A DNA stretch of 64,000 bases from a bacterium (GTDB lineage Bacteria; Krumholzibacteriota; Krumholzibacteriia; G020349025), in NCBI GenBank assembly GCA_031362565.1, contig JANLSU010000101.1:22493-86492 (forward strand), given 5' to 3'. How positions within the stretch are numbered: the stretch's first letter is position 1; each line of letters starts with the position of its first letter. The translations under genes were made by a program, and so were the position numbers. Below the pieces are notes generated by a model that had not been told where the DNA came from, searched no databases, and saw only the letters and a list, made by a program, of their open reading frames with translations. Shown piece after piece: positions 27,608 through 37,614 of the stretch.

Positions 27608-28036
27608 TCATGCCTCTCTCAAGCCGTGCAACTCTTCCGCCACGAATGCCGATCGGTCGTCCGACAGCACCCACGACGTGCACTCGCCGGCGCGGCCGGC
27701 GGCCACCGCGAGCACCAAGTACGAGTGCCAGGGCAACGCGTGCTCCCGATCATACTCCGAGGGACGCGCCGGGTGGTCGGGATGCGAATGGTAGAAGCCG
27801 ATAAGGACGAGCCCGCGGGCGTCGGCCGCCTGCTCGGCGGCGCGATACTCCGCCGGCGTGATGAGAAACCGGCGCCGCCTTTCGTCCGGCCGGGCGTTGA
27901 CCAGCGGCACCGCCTCGTCGACCCGGCGCACACCGCCTTCCACCCGGCCCACCAGTACGCCGCAGCATTCCTCCGGATAGTCGGCGACGCCGTGGCGGTC
28001 GATGGCGGCGCGCACTCCAGGTCCCAGTTCGACCAT
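27608..28036 (-). CDS. JAB/MPN+ (Mec-like, M67) metallopeptidase
   Basis: YPEECCGVL and GFYHSHPDHPARPSEYD (JAMM motif). Confidence 0.93.
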   Translation of the reverse strand: MVELGPGVRAAIDRHGVADYPEECCGVLVGRVEGGVRRVDEAVPLVNARPDERRRRFLITPAEYRAAEQAADARGLVLIGFYHSHPDHPARPSEYDREHALPWHSYLVLAVAAGRAGECTSWVLSDDRSAFVAEELHGLREA

Positions 28037-29001
28037 CAATCCTCCGACCGTGACGCCCGCTCCGCGCGCTCTTCGAACTCGCGATCGAGTGCGAACAGCG
28101 GTTCGCCGAGATACTTGAGCCCATTGTCCGGGAACACGGTCACATACACGCCCGGTCCATCGCGACGCATGAGGCGGCGCGCGGCGACAAGCGCCGCAGC
28201 CGACGACGGCCCCACCAAGAGGCCTTCGGTGCGTGCCAAGCGCAGCAACATCTCCTGCGCAACCTCGGTCCCCACTTCCAGAATCTCGTCGGCGAGCGCC
28301 GCATCCCAAATCGCCGGCTGACAGGCGGTCGGCATGTGCTTGAGCCCCTCGAGGCCGTGGTACGGCGAATCAGGGATCACCGCCACACAGCGCACCTGCG
28401 GCAGCTGTTCGCGCAACCGGCGCGTCGTGCCGACGAACGTGCCGCTCGTACCGAGCCCGGCGATGAAGTGCGTGATGCGATTCGCGGTCTGCGACAGAAT
28501 CTCGACGCCCGTGCCCTCGTAGTGGGCGCGCCAGTTGGCGGCGTTGCCGTACTGATCGCCGTGAAAATACCGCGCCGGCTCGGCCGCTGCGAGCCGGCGG
28601 GCGGTCGCGATCGCGGCGTCCATGCCGAGCATCGGGTCGGTGAGCACGAGTTCAGCCCCATAGGTCGCGAGAATCTTGCGACGCTCGAGACTGGCATTGG
28701 CGGGGAGTACCAAGGTGACGCCAAAACCGAACACGGCGCCCAGCATGGCGTACGAGATGCCCGTGTTGCCGCTCGTGGCATCCAGGAGCCGCCGTCCGGC
28801 GCCGAGCGCGCCCTGGGCGAACGCCGCTCGGACGATGCCGAGCGCGGCGCGATCCTTCACCGATCCACCCGGATTGTGCCACTCGCACTTGGCCCAGAGT
28901 TCGCCGCCACCCAATCCGGCTTCGAGCTTGGCGAGCCGCAGCAGCGGAGTTGCACCGATCGCATCGAAAGTTCCTGGAAGTGCACGGGGGGCGGGATTCA
29001 A
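28036..29001 (-). CDS. cysM: PLP-dependent cysteine synthase (CysM-like)
   Basis: NPGGSVKDR, ATSGNTG, GLGTSGT, GPSSAA. Confidence 0.9.
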   Translation of the reverse strand: MNPAPRALPGTFDAIGATPLLRLAKLEAGLGGGELWAKCEWHNPGGSVKDRAALGIVRAAFAQGALGAGRRLLDATSGNTGISYAMLGAVFGFGVTLVLPANASLERRKILATYGAELVLTDPMLGMDAAIATARRLAAAEPARYFHGDQYGNAANWRAHYEGTGVEILSQTANRITHFIAGLGTSGTFVGTTRRLREQLPQVRCVAVIPDSPYHGLEGLKHMPTACQPAIWDAALADEILEVGTEVAQEMLLRLARTEGLLVGPSSAAALVAARRLMRRDGPGVYVTVFPDNGLKYLGEPLFALDREFEERAERASRSED

Positions 29002-29278
29002 GAGCGGCCCTCACTCGAATGCCCAAGCCGCAGAAGCGGCGGGCCCGAAACGGGCATCTGGCGCAGACTCCCGGAGTCCCCGAGACCACGAAGCCGAGGT
29101 GTCAAATCCAACAAAAGGAACTCGGCACCGTGGCTCGCTGGGAGCCTGGCCAGATGTTCGATGTCGGCCGCACCCCAAGGATACGGCCGTGGCGAGGATC
29201 CGGCGCCCGTCCCGTGAACCAAGGAGCGTGCGCGCGCGTCGAGCCGCAAAGCGATGCCGCGGCGCGACAGGCCGCCGT

Positions 29279-29287
29279 ATTATAGCA
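29279..29287 (-). promoter_or_regulatory. Extended -10 promoter element (TGCTATAAT) facing the cysM operon
   Basis: Exact TGnTATAAT on the minus strand in very GC-rich DNA, about 280 bp upstream of cysM. Confidence 0.65.
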
Positions 29288-29344
29288 ACCCGGGCGGTGA
29301 GCGTCCAGGCGAGCCCTTGGCCAGAGGTCACTAACGGAGGATTC

Positions 29345-30490
29345 ATGAAGCTTCTCGTCTTGGGCGCCGGACTGCAGGGCGGTGCCGCAGCGTTCGATCT
29401 CCTGCGCAATCCGGACGTCGAACGCGTCGGCCTGGCGGACGTGAATAGCGACCGGCTCGAACAGGCGCGCCTGCGGCTCGGCGACCGCCGGCTCGCGGTG
29501 CACGAGCTCGACGCTCAAGATTCGAGCCGCGTCGTCGAGCTCATGGCCGAGTACGACGCTTGCCTGTCGGCGGTGAACTACTGGTTCAACGTCGATCTGA
29601 CCCGCGCCGCCATCGAAGCGCACACGCATTTTTGCGACTTGGGCGGCAACAACGCCGTCGTGAACGAGCAGCTGCAACTCGATTCAGCGGCATTCGCGGC
29701 CGGCGTGACCGTCGTTCCGGACTGCGGCCTGGCGCCCGGAATGGCGAACATTCTCGCGGCACATGGCATTCGCAAGCTGGACGAAACGGCAGCCGTACGC
29801 ATCCGCGTCGGCGGCCTGCCGCAGAATCCAAAACCGCCGCTCGAATATCAACTCGTGTTCGCGATCGAGGGATTGATCAACGAGTACGTGGAACGCTGCG
29901 TGGCGGTGCGCGACGGCGTGAAACTTTTCGTCGAGCCCTTGACCGAAGTGGAAGAGATCGAATTCCCCGAACCCTTCGGCACTCTCGAAGCGTTCAACAC
30001 GTCCGGCGGCCTCTCGACCTTGGCCAAGACGTTCGCGGGCAAAGTTCGCGACATGGACTACAAGACGATTCGCTATCCCGGCCATTGCGCTAAGATGCGA
30101 ACGCTCTTCGAACTGGGATTGTTCGGCACCGAAGCCATCGACGTCGGCGAGCAGTCGGTGGTGCCGCGCAAGCTGACCGGCCGGGTTCTCGAACGCCTCT
30201 TGCCGCACGACCAACCCGATTGCGTGCTGGTGCGGGTTTCGGTGATGGGCATGAAAAACGGCGGCCGGCGGCGGTTCGAGTACGAAATCATCGACCGGTA
30301 CGACGCCACGAACGGCATCACCGCCATGATGCGCTGTACGGCGTATCCGGCCAGCATCATCCTGCAGATGCTGGCCAGCAAGCGCATCGAGCAACGCGGC
30401 GTCGTGTTGCAAGAGCGTTGCGTGCCGGCCGACGAGTTCATTGTCGAACTCGGCCGGCGCGGCATCCAGGTCGTGGAACGCCAATCCTAG
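29345..30490 (+). CDS. Saccharopine dehydrogenase / lysine 6-dehydrogenase family protein
   Basis: VLGAGLQG, DLGGN, DCGLAPGM, VGGLPQ, EAFNTSGG, YKTIRYPGH. GGAGG RBS. Confidence 0.92.
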   Translation: MKLLVLGAGLQGGAAAFDLLRNPDVERVGLADVNSDRLEQARLRLGDRRLAVHELDAQDSSRVVELMAEYDACLSAVNYWFNVDLTRAAIEAHTHFCDLGGNNAVVNEQLQLDSAAFAAGVTVVPDCGLAPGMANILAAHGIRKLDETAAVRIRVGGLPQNPKPPLEYQLVFAIEGLINEYVERCVAVRDGVKLFVEPLTEVEEIEFPEPFGTLEAFNTSGGLSTLAKTFAGKVRDMDYKTIRYPGHCAKMRTLFELGLFGTEAIDVGEQSVVPRKLTGRVLERLLPHDQPDCVLVRVSVMGMKNGGRRRFEYEIIDRYDATNGITAMMRCTAYPASIILQMLASKRIEQRGVVLQERCVPADEFIVELGRRGIQVVERQS

Positions 30491-30506
30491 AGGGCGATCG
30501 CGCCGC

Positions 30507-31811
30507 TCAGTGGCCGGCGGGCTTTGCCAGCTTGGGACGGTCGCGGTACTTTTGCCAGAGGCGCGTTTGGCGATTGTCGAGACTCACTTCGTGGCCGGCA
30601 ATGAAGGCCCGCACCACATGGGTGCGGATGTCGAGCGGATCGCCATCGGCCAAAAAGAACGTCGCCTCCTTGTTGGCCTCGAGCGACCCCAGCCGGTCGC
30701 CGACGCCGAGGATCTCGGCCGCGGTTTGCGTCAAGGCACGCAGCGCCACGTCGTGCGGCAGGCCATAGGCCACCGCCGTCGCCGCTTCATATGGCAAGTT
30801 GCGGGCATTGGCGGCGCCGAAGGCTCCACCACCGGTCGAGAAACAAAAATCGACTCCCGCCGCGTGCAACGTTGCGGCCGCGGTGTACGGCGTGTCGTAC
30901 GGTTCCCAGCGGCGGGCGGGGAGGGCCAGGACCGGTTCGAGGATCACCGGAATGTGGCGTTCGGCGAGCTCCGGCGCGACGCGTGCCACATCACTCCCGG
31001 ACAAAAACACGATCTTGACACCTTCCTGCGCCGCCCACTGAAGCGCAGCGCGAATCTGCACCAGTCCACCGGCATTCACCAAAACCGGCGCCTCGCCGCG
31101 CAACACCGGGCCCATGGCATCCCAACGCGGGTCCCGGTCGTGCGCCGGCACGCCCTTGCTGCCTTCGGCGCCACGGGCGCGCCAATACGCCCGGCCGTTC
31201 GCGAACGTGTCACGCAGCAATTGCAAGCGCGCGTCACGGTTCTTGATCTGTTCATCGGGCGGCGGCGTCGCATCGGGCTCGCGATTGATGTGCATGTCGG
31301 GCCAGTTGACGAGCATCCCCACCGGCGCCTTGACGGTGAGATCCTCCCAATTCCAGCCGTCCATGCGGAGCACCGCCGCCGTGCCGGCTACGAGTCCGCC
31401 ACGCGGTGCGGCCATCGCGATCAGCACGCCGTTGGCGCGCGTCACCGGCAATAGTTCCGAATCGGCGTTGAGCGCCACCTCGGCCCGCACGTTCGGATTC
31501 ACATCACCGACTTCGCTCACATCGACCGTGCCGCGAACACTGCTGATTTCGACCAGTCCGAGCACGGTGTTGGCGTCGATGAGACTCGGGTAGGCGTGCA
31601 GGCCGGTACCGTCGATGACTTTGGCGCCGGCCGGCACGGACGCAGTGGGTCCAACCGCCGCGAGGCGCGCCCCATCGACGACAATAACGCCCGGCCCTTC
31701 AGGCCCGGTGATCGGATGCAAGGTCGCGCCCCGCACGACGAACACTTCGGCCGGCGCGGCGACGGGGGCGAGCCAAAAGAGCGCGGCGGCGAACAACGCG
31801 GGGTACTTCAC
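30507..31811 (-). CDS. Secreted amidohydrolase-family protein
   Basis: Signal peptide; IDGTGLHAYPSLID, AAEILGVGDRLGSLEANKEAT. GTGA overlap with the upstream gene. Confidence 0.85.
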   Translation of the reverse strand: MKYPALFAAALFWLAPVAAPAEVFVVRGATLHPITGPEGPGVIVVDGARLAAVGPTASVPAGAKVIDGTGLHAYPSLIDANTVLGLVEISSVRGTVDVSEVGDVNPNVRAEVALNADSELLPVTRANGVLIAMAAPRGGLVAGTAAVLRMDGWNWEDLTVKAPVGMLVNWPDMHINREPDATPPPDEQIKNRDARLQLLRDTFANGRAYWRARGAEGSKGVPAHDRDPRWDAMGPVLRGEAPVLVNAGGLVQIRAALQWAAQEGVKIVFLSGSDVARVAPELAERHIPVILEPVLALPARRWEPYDTPYTAAATLHAAGVDFCFSTGGGAFGAANARNLPYEAATAVAYGLPHDVALRALTQTAAEILGVGDRLGSLEANKEATFFLADGDPLDIRTHVVRAFIAGHEVSLDNRQTRLWQKYRDRPKLAKPAGH

Positions 31812-34800
31812 GGCTGAACCTCCTCGTGGCACGACGCTCCATGTTCGGCGCCGTAGCTCGGCCGCCAGACGCCCCAAGTGGCACTCTCCTCCGGCTTCAT
31901 TTTCTTGCGGGCCTCGCGCGCCTTGGCGACGAGCGCACCGCGCTCGGCTTCCATGCCGCCGCGGGCGGCGAGATCGAGTCTGCGGTCGAAATACTTGCGG
32001 CCTTCGATCCACGTCTGCTCGCAACGCGTCGTGGCCGCCAGCGGGCTCTGCGTCCAGAGCGCGAAATCCGCGTCCTTGCCCGGCTCGAGCGAACCGACGC
32101 GATTGTCGATGCGCAGCTGCTTGGCCGGATTCAAGGTTGCGAAGGCGAGGGCGTCCGGTTCCGGCACGCCGCCGTACTTGACCGCTTTGGCCGCCTCCAG
32201 GTAGAGATGCCGCGCCAGTTCCGAGCTGTCCGAATTGAACGACACGACCACGCCGCGGTCGTGCAGGATCGAGCCGTTGTATGGGATCGCGTCGTACACT
32301 TCGAACTTGTAGGCCCACCAATCGCTGAAGGACGAAGCGCCGGCGCCATGCAGCGCCATCTCGTCCGCCACCTTGTAACCTTCGAGAACGTGCTGGAAAG
32401 TGGCGACACGGAAGCCGAACTCCTCGGCGACGCGCATCATCATCAGGATTTCGTCGGCCCGGTACGAATGACAGTGCACCAGGCGTTCGCCGCTCAGGAT
32501 CTCGGCGATCGCCTCGAGCTGCAGGTCGCGCCGCGGCGGAATGGCGTTCTTGCCCTTGTGGCGATACTCGTTCCATTGCCGCGCATAGTCGCGCGCCGCG
32601 ATGAAGCGTTCGCGAATGGACTGCTCGACGCCCATGCGCGTCTGTGGAAAACGGTCGTTGCGGTCGTCCCAGTTCGACTGCTTGGGATTTTCGCCGAGCG
32701 CGAACTTGATGCCGGGCGGCGCCGCGCGGAACACGAGTCCCGCCGGCGGCTCGCTCCAGCGCAACTTGATGACCGTGTTCTGGCCGCCGATCGAATTGGC
32801 GGAACCGTGCAATTGGTTGGCGACCGTCAAGCCGCCGGCCAGTTCGCGATAGAGAGCGATCGATTCGGAATCGAGAATATCGGCGGTCCGCACTTCGGCG
32901 GTGCAAATGTTCGTGCCCTCGTTGACGCTGCCCACCAGGTCGGAGTGCGAATGGCAGTCGACGAGTCCGGGCGTCAGATGCATGCCGCGGCCATCGACTT
33001 CGACGGCGCCGCCGGGGGCGCGCAGGCCGCGGCCCACTGCCGTGATCTTGCCGTCGACGGCAACGAGGTCGGCGTCGGCGAGAATGCCTTGCGGGCCGCA
33101 GGTCCAAACGGTCGCGCCGCGCACCACGACCGCGCGCGGCCGCGGGCCGGGCTTGGGCGGCCACGGCACACTGGCCACAGCGGCACTCGCCGCCGCGGCC
33201 GGCGGGCTGGCTTTCGCGCTGTCCGCGGCTGCCGCCGGCTTGGCATCGGCGTTCACCTTGGTGCCCCGGACCGGCGCGCTCGAGCCGTCGGCGAACCACC
33301 ACATGCCTGCTGCCGCGTCCGGCGACCCGGCGGCAGGCGGCGCGAAGCGCAAGCGATCGTCACCGCTTCGCGCCGTGAGTTCGCTCTGCGCCCAACGCAC
33401 CTCGGTGAGTGCCCGGATACCGGCGGCGTCTTGAATGCGCGCCGTGAGTGTCCACTCCGACCCTTCCACATGCAGCGTCGGCTCGATCTTGGCGGCGGCG
33501 CGCTGGAACGAGAGTTTCCAATCGCCCTTGAGCGCTTCCAGATCACCGCGGTTGGCGATTTCATAGCGATCGCCTTCGACCCACACTTCAACGACCCGCG
33601 CCGTGCCGGCAAAAAGATCGCCGTCCGCGACCGTCAAGTTGGCGATCCGGCCTTGTTCGATGCGCCCGAGCTGGGTGTCGGCGCCTAGGAGGTGCGCCGG
33701 TACGGTTGTCAACGCGGCAAGTGCCGCATCGGGCGCGAGGCCGCGCTCGATCGCCAGGCGCACGCGCGCCAAGAACACGGTGCGCTTGCGCAGGCCCTGC
33801 GACGAAAGCGCGAACGGAATCCCGGCGGCTTGCATCCGGTGCGGATTGTCGGCGGCCGTATCCCAATGACGCAACGCTTCCAGATCGACATCGAGCGCTT
33901 CGTCGTCGTCCGCGGCGCGCGGCGGCTCGGGATAGTTGACTTGCAGGACGAACGGCCGCCCCGCAGCGCGGAGCGCATCCAGGTAGCGGTATTCATCGCC
34001 ATTGCCCAGGAGCACGGCGTCGCAGCCAAATTCGCGCGCCACCGCATCCGCCCGCAGGCACCCGAGCACGTCGCCGGTCACCATCCAGAGCGGCTGCTTG
34101 CCATACGCCGGCAGTACCGCCGACAAGGCACGGAGTGAGACGTCGTCGTGCGGACGCGTGACACCGCGCGACGTCGCATACAAGCGCGCCGCGTCGCGCG
34201 CCCAACCCGCGTCGAGCAACGATTGGCGGGCGAGCGCCACACTGCCCATGATCGATGACGGATAGCCGCCCGGGCGGCCGCTGCCGGCCGGGCCGCCCCG
34301 GTCGAGTTCGAAGGCCATGACTTGCGCCACGTGCGGCCGCAACAGTTGATCGGCGGCACTGCCGTCGCGCAAATTGACCAGCGCGCTCTGGCCGCGAAAC
34401 ACACCTGCACCCGGCACGACATGCGCGGCCGTGAAACCCAACGCCCGCAGTTCGTCGAGTGCGTCGCGCCCCAAATCGAGCGTCGAGGCAACATCGACTT
34501 CGGCGCGCACCATCACATTGTCGGCGCCGGCGCCGCGCGCGGCCGGCGGCGCGGCGCTCACCGGCGCCGCCGGACCCTCGCGGGACCCACCGCGTGGTGC
34601 GGGCGCCGGAGTGCGATCGAGCCAGGCTTCGACGAAACCCGCATACACCGTGCGGCCGCGCAAGTCCCAAACGCGTGCATCGGGCGGCGGTGCAAGGTGC
34701 GATCCGACGGCCTCCACGACGCCGTCACGCAACACAATGGTCGCGTCGTCGAGGACCGTACCGGGCGCCGGCACGACCCGCGCGTGAACGAGCGCGTGGA

Positions 34801-34882
34801 CGCGCGGCGTGCGACCGGCGGCGCTGCACGGCGCAGCCAGAAGCAGGCTCGAAAGAATGACGGCCGAGCGGCGCATTCGCAC
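31808..34882 (-). CDS. Secreted double-domain amidohydrolase
   Basis: Signal peptide; two amidohydrolase repeats, the second with PGLVDCHSH, KFALGENPK, HCHSYR and GSLEPGKDAD. Start may be ATG 34876. Confidence 0.9.
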   Translation of the reverse strand: MRMRRSAVILSSLLLAAPCSAAGRTPRVHALVHARVVPAPGTVLDDATIVLRDGVVEAVGSHLAPPPDARVWDLRGRTVYAGFVEAWLDRTPAPAPRGGSREGPAAPVSAAPPAARGAGADNVMVRAEVDVASTLDLGRDALDELRALGFTAAHVVPGAGVFRGQSALVNLRDGSAADQLLRPHVAQVMAFELDRGGPAGSGRPGGYPSSIMGSVALARQSLLDAGWARDAARLYATSRGVTRPHDDVSLRALSAVLPAYGKQPLWMVTGDVLGCLRADAVAREFGCDAVLLGNGDEYRYLDALRAAGRPFVLQVNYPEPPRAADDDEALDVDLEALRHWDTAADNPHRMQAAGIPFALSSQGLRKRTVFLARVRLAIERGLAPDAALAALTTVPAHLLGADTQLGRIEQGRIANLTVADGDLFAGTARVVEVWVEGDRYEIANRGDLEALKGDWKLSFQRAAAKIEPTLHVEGSEWTLTARIQDAAGIRALTEVRWAQSELTARSGDDRLRFAPPAAGSPDAAAGMWWFADGSSAPVRGTKVNADAKPAAAADSAKASPPAAAASAAVASVPWPPKPGPRPRAVVVRGATVWTCGPQGILADADLVAVDGKITAVGRGLRAPGGAVEVDGRGMHLTPGLVDCHSHSDLVGSVNEGTNICTAEVRTADILDSESIALYRELAGGLTVANQLHGSANSIGGQNTVIKLRWSEPPAGLVFRAAPPGIKFALGENPKQSNWDDRNDRFPQTRMGVEQSIRERFIAARDYARQWNEYRHKGKNAIPPRRDLQLEAIAEILSGERLVHCHSYRADEILMMMRVAEEFGFRVATFQHVLEGYKVADEMALHGAGASSFSDWWAYKFEVYDAIPYNGSILHDRGVVVSFNSDSSELARHLYLEAAKAVKYGGVPEPDALAFATLNPAKQLRIDNRVGSLEPGKDADFALWTQSPLAATTRCEQTWIEGRKYFDRRLDLAARGGMEAERGALVAKAREARKKMKPEESATWGVWRPSYGAEHGASCHEEVQP

Positions 34883-34993
34883 TCTCCTCCGGCAGGCGAC
34901 ACAACGGCCCCCGTCATCCTGGACGCGGACTCGGGACCTACGGCAATGAGGACGTTCACTCTAGCCGTGGTGGGCGCCACCCGCAAAGGGGGG

Positions 34994-35473
34994 TCAGGCG
35001 CTCGGATCGAGCGCCCGCAGCACCCGGCAGGGATTGCCGGCCGCGACGACATTGTCCGGCACATCGCGCGTCACGACACTGCCTGCACCGATGATCGAAT
35101 TGGTGCCGATCGTGACGTTGGAGAGGATCGTGCAGCTCGTGCCGATCGACGCACCGCGCTTGATGCGCGTCGGCTCGACGCTCCAGTCGGCTTCGGTCTG
35201 CAGTTGCCCGCCGGCCGTCGCGCGCGGGAACTTGTCGTTGATGAACGAGACGTTGTGGCCCACGAACACATCGTCCTCGATGGTGACGCCTTCGCAAATG
35301 AAGGTATGGCTCGAGATCTTGCAGTTCTTGCCGATCGTGGCGTTCTTCTGGATCTCGACGAACGCACCCACCTTCGAGTTGTCACCGATCGAACAGCCAT
35401 AGAGATTGACGAAGTCGAAGATCTTGACGTTGGCGCCCAATTGGACGTCGTCGCGGATATTTTGAAACGGCAT
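34994..35473 (-). CDS. Hexapeptide-repeat sugar N-acetyltransferase (WbpD/FdtC-like)
   Basis: Left-handed beta-helix repeats, FINDKFPR, GAGSVVTRDVP, GNP. Confidence 0.92.
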   Translation of the reverse strand: MPFQNIRDDVQLGANVKIFDFVNLYGCSIGDNSKVGAFVEIQKNATIGKNCKISSHTFICEGVTIEDDVFVGHNVSFINDKFPRATAGGQLQTEADWSVEPTRIKRGASIGTSCTILSNVTIGTNSIIGAGSVVTRDVPDNVVAAGNPCRVLRALDPSA

Positions 35474-35554
35474 TCGGTCCTCCGGAATGGGGCGTCAGGT
35501 GAAGCATCTTAGCCGTTGCAACCGGGGGCTCCCAACCCCCTCGGGCGCGGTTCT

Positions 35555-36919
35555 TCACCGCGCCCGGCTGCGAAACCGCAGAACCGCGGCGCGCGCAAAG
35601 GCCGACACGTCGCTGGTCCGCGCCGCGATGCCGGCCCACGTGTAGCCGAGCGCCGGACGCAGGACGGCGGCGCGAACCACCATGCCGTAGAGTGCGGCAA
35701 CCGCCGCGGCGGCCGCCGCACCACGCGGCCCGAAACGCGGAATCCACCACAGCATCAATGCGACAGCCAGTCCGAGCCCGGACCAGGTGATCCAAAGCAG
35801 CGTGCGCAGGCGCCCCAGACCGACGAGAAAAGGACTGCCGACGCTGGCGAGCGGCAGAGTCAGAGCGCCGGCGACCAGAATTTGGAAGACCGGCACGCTG
35901 GCCGTATAACGGCCGTGAAAGAGCAGTTCGAGAATGGGACCCGTTGCGACGATCAGAAGAAGGCAAAGCGGCACGAGCGCGAGCGTCAGAAAGCACACGC
36001 TCTTCTCGAAGAGCACGCGCAGGTCGTCGCGACGGCCGGTGGCGTGCAGCCGCGACACCGCCGGCATCATGACTTGAGTGATGGCCTGGGCGAGCACATT
36101 GAAGGCGCGGAACAGCATCCGCGCCGCGCCATAGGCGGCGACGCCGCGCGGATCGAGAAGGCGCCCGGCCACGAAGGCATCCGCCTGCTGCGTCAGCGTC
36201 GCACCAATTCCAGACCCGAGAAACGATTTGCCGAAGGCCAGAATGCGCCGGGCGTCGGCTCGGCTGACCGGCACGAGCGTCTCGCGGCGCGTTGCCGCGA
36301 GTGCGATGAGGGTCCCGATTCCAGCCGCCGCCGCCTGAATCCACTGAATCGTCACCGCGTCCCGCGGCCAAGCGGAACAGCGCCAAACGACCAAACCGGC
36401 CACAGCGACCGCATAGTACGACAAATCGAGCATGAACACCCGGCGCAACCGCCGCAGTCCTTCGAGGCTCGAAATCGCCGCATCGCGCGGGCTGCCGACT
36501 GCCAAGAGGCAGGCACTCGGCACCAATACTGCCGCCAGCTCCGGCTTGTCGAACGCCAGCGCCCAAACGGCACGTCCGCCCCAAAGAACGACCGCGGCCG
36601 CGAGGCTGGCACCGGCGTAGAGCGCCATGCCGGTGCTCGCGATACGATCGGTGCGGGCCCGCTCGGCGACGAAGCGGATGAGCGGCACGAGCCAAAGCGA
36701 CCGAAACAGTTGCGACAGGGTAAGAAGCACGGTACTCGCCAGGTATTGCAGGCCGAACTCTTCCGTCGGCAGGGTGCGCACGACGAGCACCGCAAAGGCG
36801 AGGCCGAACCACAACGGCAGACTCTTGTCGAGCATGGACCATGACAACGTGCGCCAATGCGCGCCGGCCCGGACCCGCGGGCCGTCCGGCCCGGGTTTTT
36901 GGTTCACAGCTCGCGCCAC
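35555..36919 (-). CDS. Polysaccharide flippase (Wzx/MOP family)
   Basis: About 12 hydrophobic segments, with EEFG and VAAYGAA...MPAVSRL patterns. Start uncertain. Confidence 0.8.
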   Translation of the reverse strand: MARAVNQKPGPDGPRVRAGAHWRTLSWSMLDKSLPLWFGLAFAVLVVRTLPTEEFGLQYLASTVLLTLSQLFRSLWLVPLIRFVAERARTDRIASTGMALYAGASLAAAVVLWGGRAVWALAFDKPELAAVLVPSACLLAVGSPRDAAISSLEGLRRLRRVFMLDLSYYAVAVAGLVVWRCSAWPRDAVTIQWIQAAAAGIGTLIALAATRRETLVPVSRADARRILAFGKSFLGSGIGATLTQQADAFVAGRLLDPRGVAAYGAARMLFRAFNVLAQAITQVMMPAVSRLHATGRRDDLRVLFEKSVCFLTLALVPLCLLLIVATGPILELLFHGRYTASVPVFQILVAGALTLPLASVGSPFLVGLGRLRTLLWITWSGLGLAVALMLWWIPRFGPRGAAAAAAVAALYGMVVRAAVLRPALGYTWAGIAARTSDVSAFARAAVLRFRSRAR

Positions 36920-36972
36920 CTTTCGCTACCCTGCAGCGCGCTGGGTGTCGAACCGAAAGGACCAGGACAACG

Positions 36973-37503
36973 ATGATGAAGAAGGCATTCGCGACGTTTC
37001 TCGTTTTGCTCGGCGGGGCTCTGCCGGCGGCGGCTCAGAGCCAGTTCCAGAGCACGTTCGAACTCGGCATCGGCTATACGCGGCCTGCGACCGAGAACGC
37101 GGACATGGTGACATTTCTGCTGCAGGCAGAAGATTTCTTCGTCGAAACCGGGATCGGCATCCGCAGCAAGGCGGGTGTGATTCTCGCGACCCCATCGGGG
37201 GGAATCCAAGGCGGTGACACGGTCTTCAGCTGGCTCGTACGCGGCGCAGTGCGCCCGTTCGTCGTCGGCAACACGACCGGCCACGTGGGCGTCGAGTTCT
37301 CGCTGCACTCGAACTCGGCAGTCGACTCGCACGGCGAAATCGGCACGAAGGTCGGTTTGGGCGGATTCTTGGGCGTTTCGCATCCGCTGACCGATCACCT
37401 CAACTTCGCCGTGCACATGTTCCCGATCGCGTTCGAGTTCGGCGGCAAGGACACGATCACCAAGATCGGCGTTGCCGAAATCAGCGCGCACGTCATTTTC
37501 TGA
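36973..37503 (+). CDS. Secreted protein, probable small outer-membrane beta-barrel
   Basis: Signal peptide MMKKAF...AAA, alternating amphipathic strands, C-terminal Phe. Confidence 0.65.
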   Translation: MMKKAFATFLVLLGGALPAAAQSQFQSTFELGIGYTRPATENADMVTFLLQAEDFFVETGIGIRSKAGVILATPSGGIQGGDTVFSWLVRGAVRPFVVGNTTGHVGVEFSLHSNSAVDSHGEIGTKVGLGGFLGVSHPLTDHLNFAVHMFPIAFEFGGKDTITKIGVAEISAHVIF

Positions 37504-37614
37504 ACCGGCCGAGCGTGCCGGGCGGGGGCCTCTCTCGCCCGGCGCGCTCCGGATCATGCCCGTGCCGCGCGCGCGTGACAAGGCGCTGGGCGCGGTCACG
37601 GAGGCACTCTGTAC

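Noticed and set aside
27608..28036. CBASS/Bil-type ubiquitin-like defence system (JAB + E1 + Ubl)
   Set aside because: No E2, cyclase or effector is present, and the adjacent cysteine synthase and rhodanese-fused MoeB indicate sulfur transfer.
29001..29340. SAM-I or lysine riboswitch, 6S RNA, retron ncRNA, or the 83-aa ORF 28998-29249
   Set aside because: The conserved cores were not found by eye, no reverse transcriptase is nearby, and the ORF has no recognisable features. Kept only as an unknown structured region.
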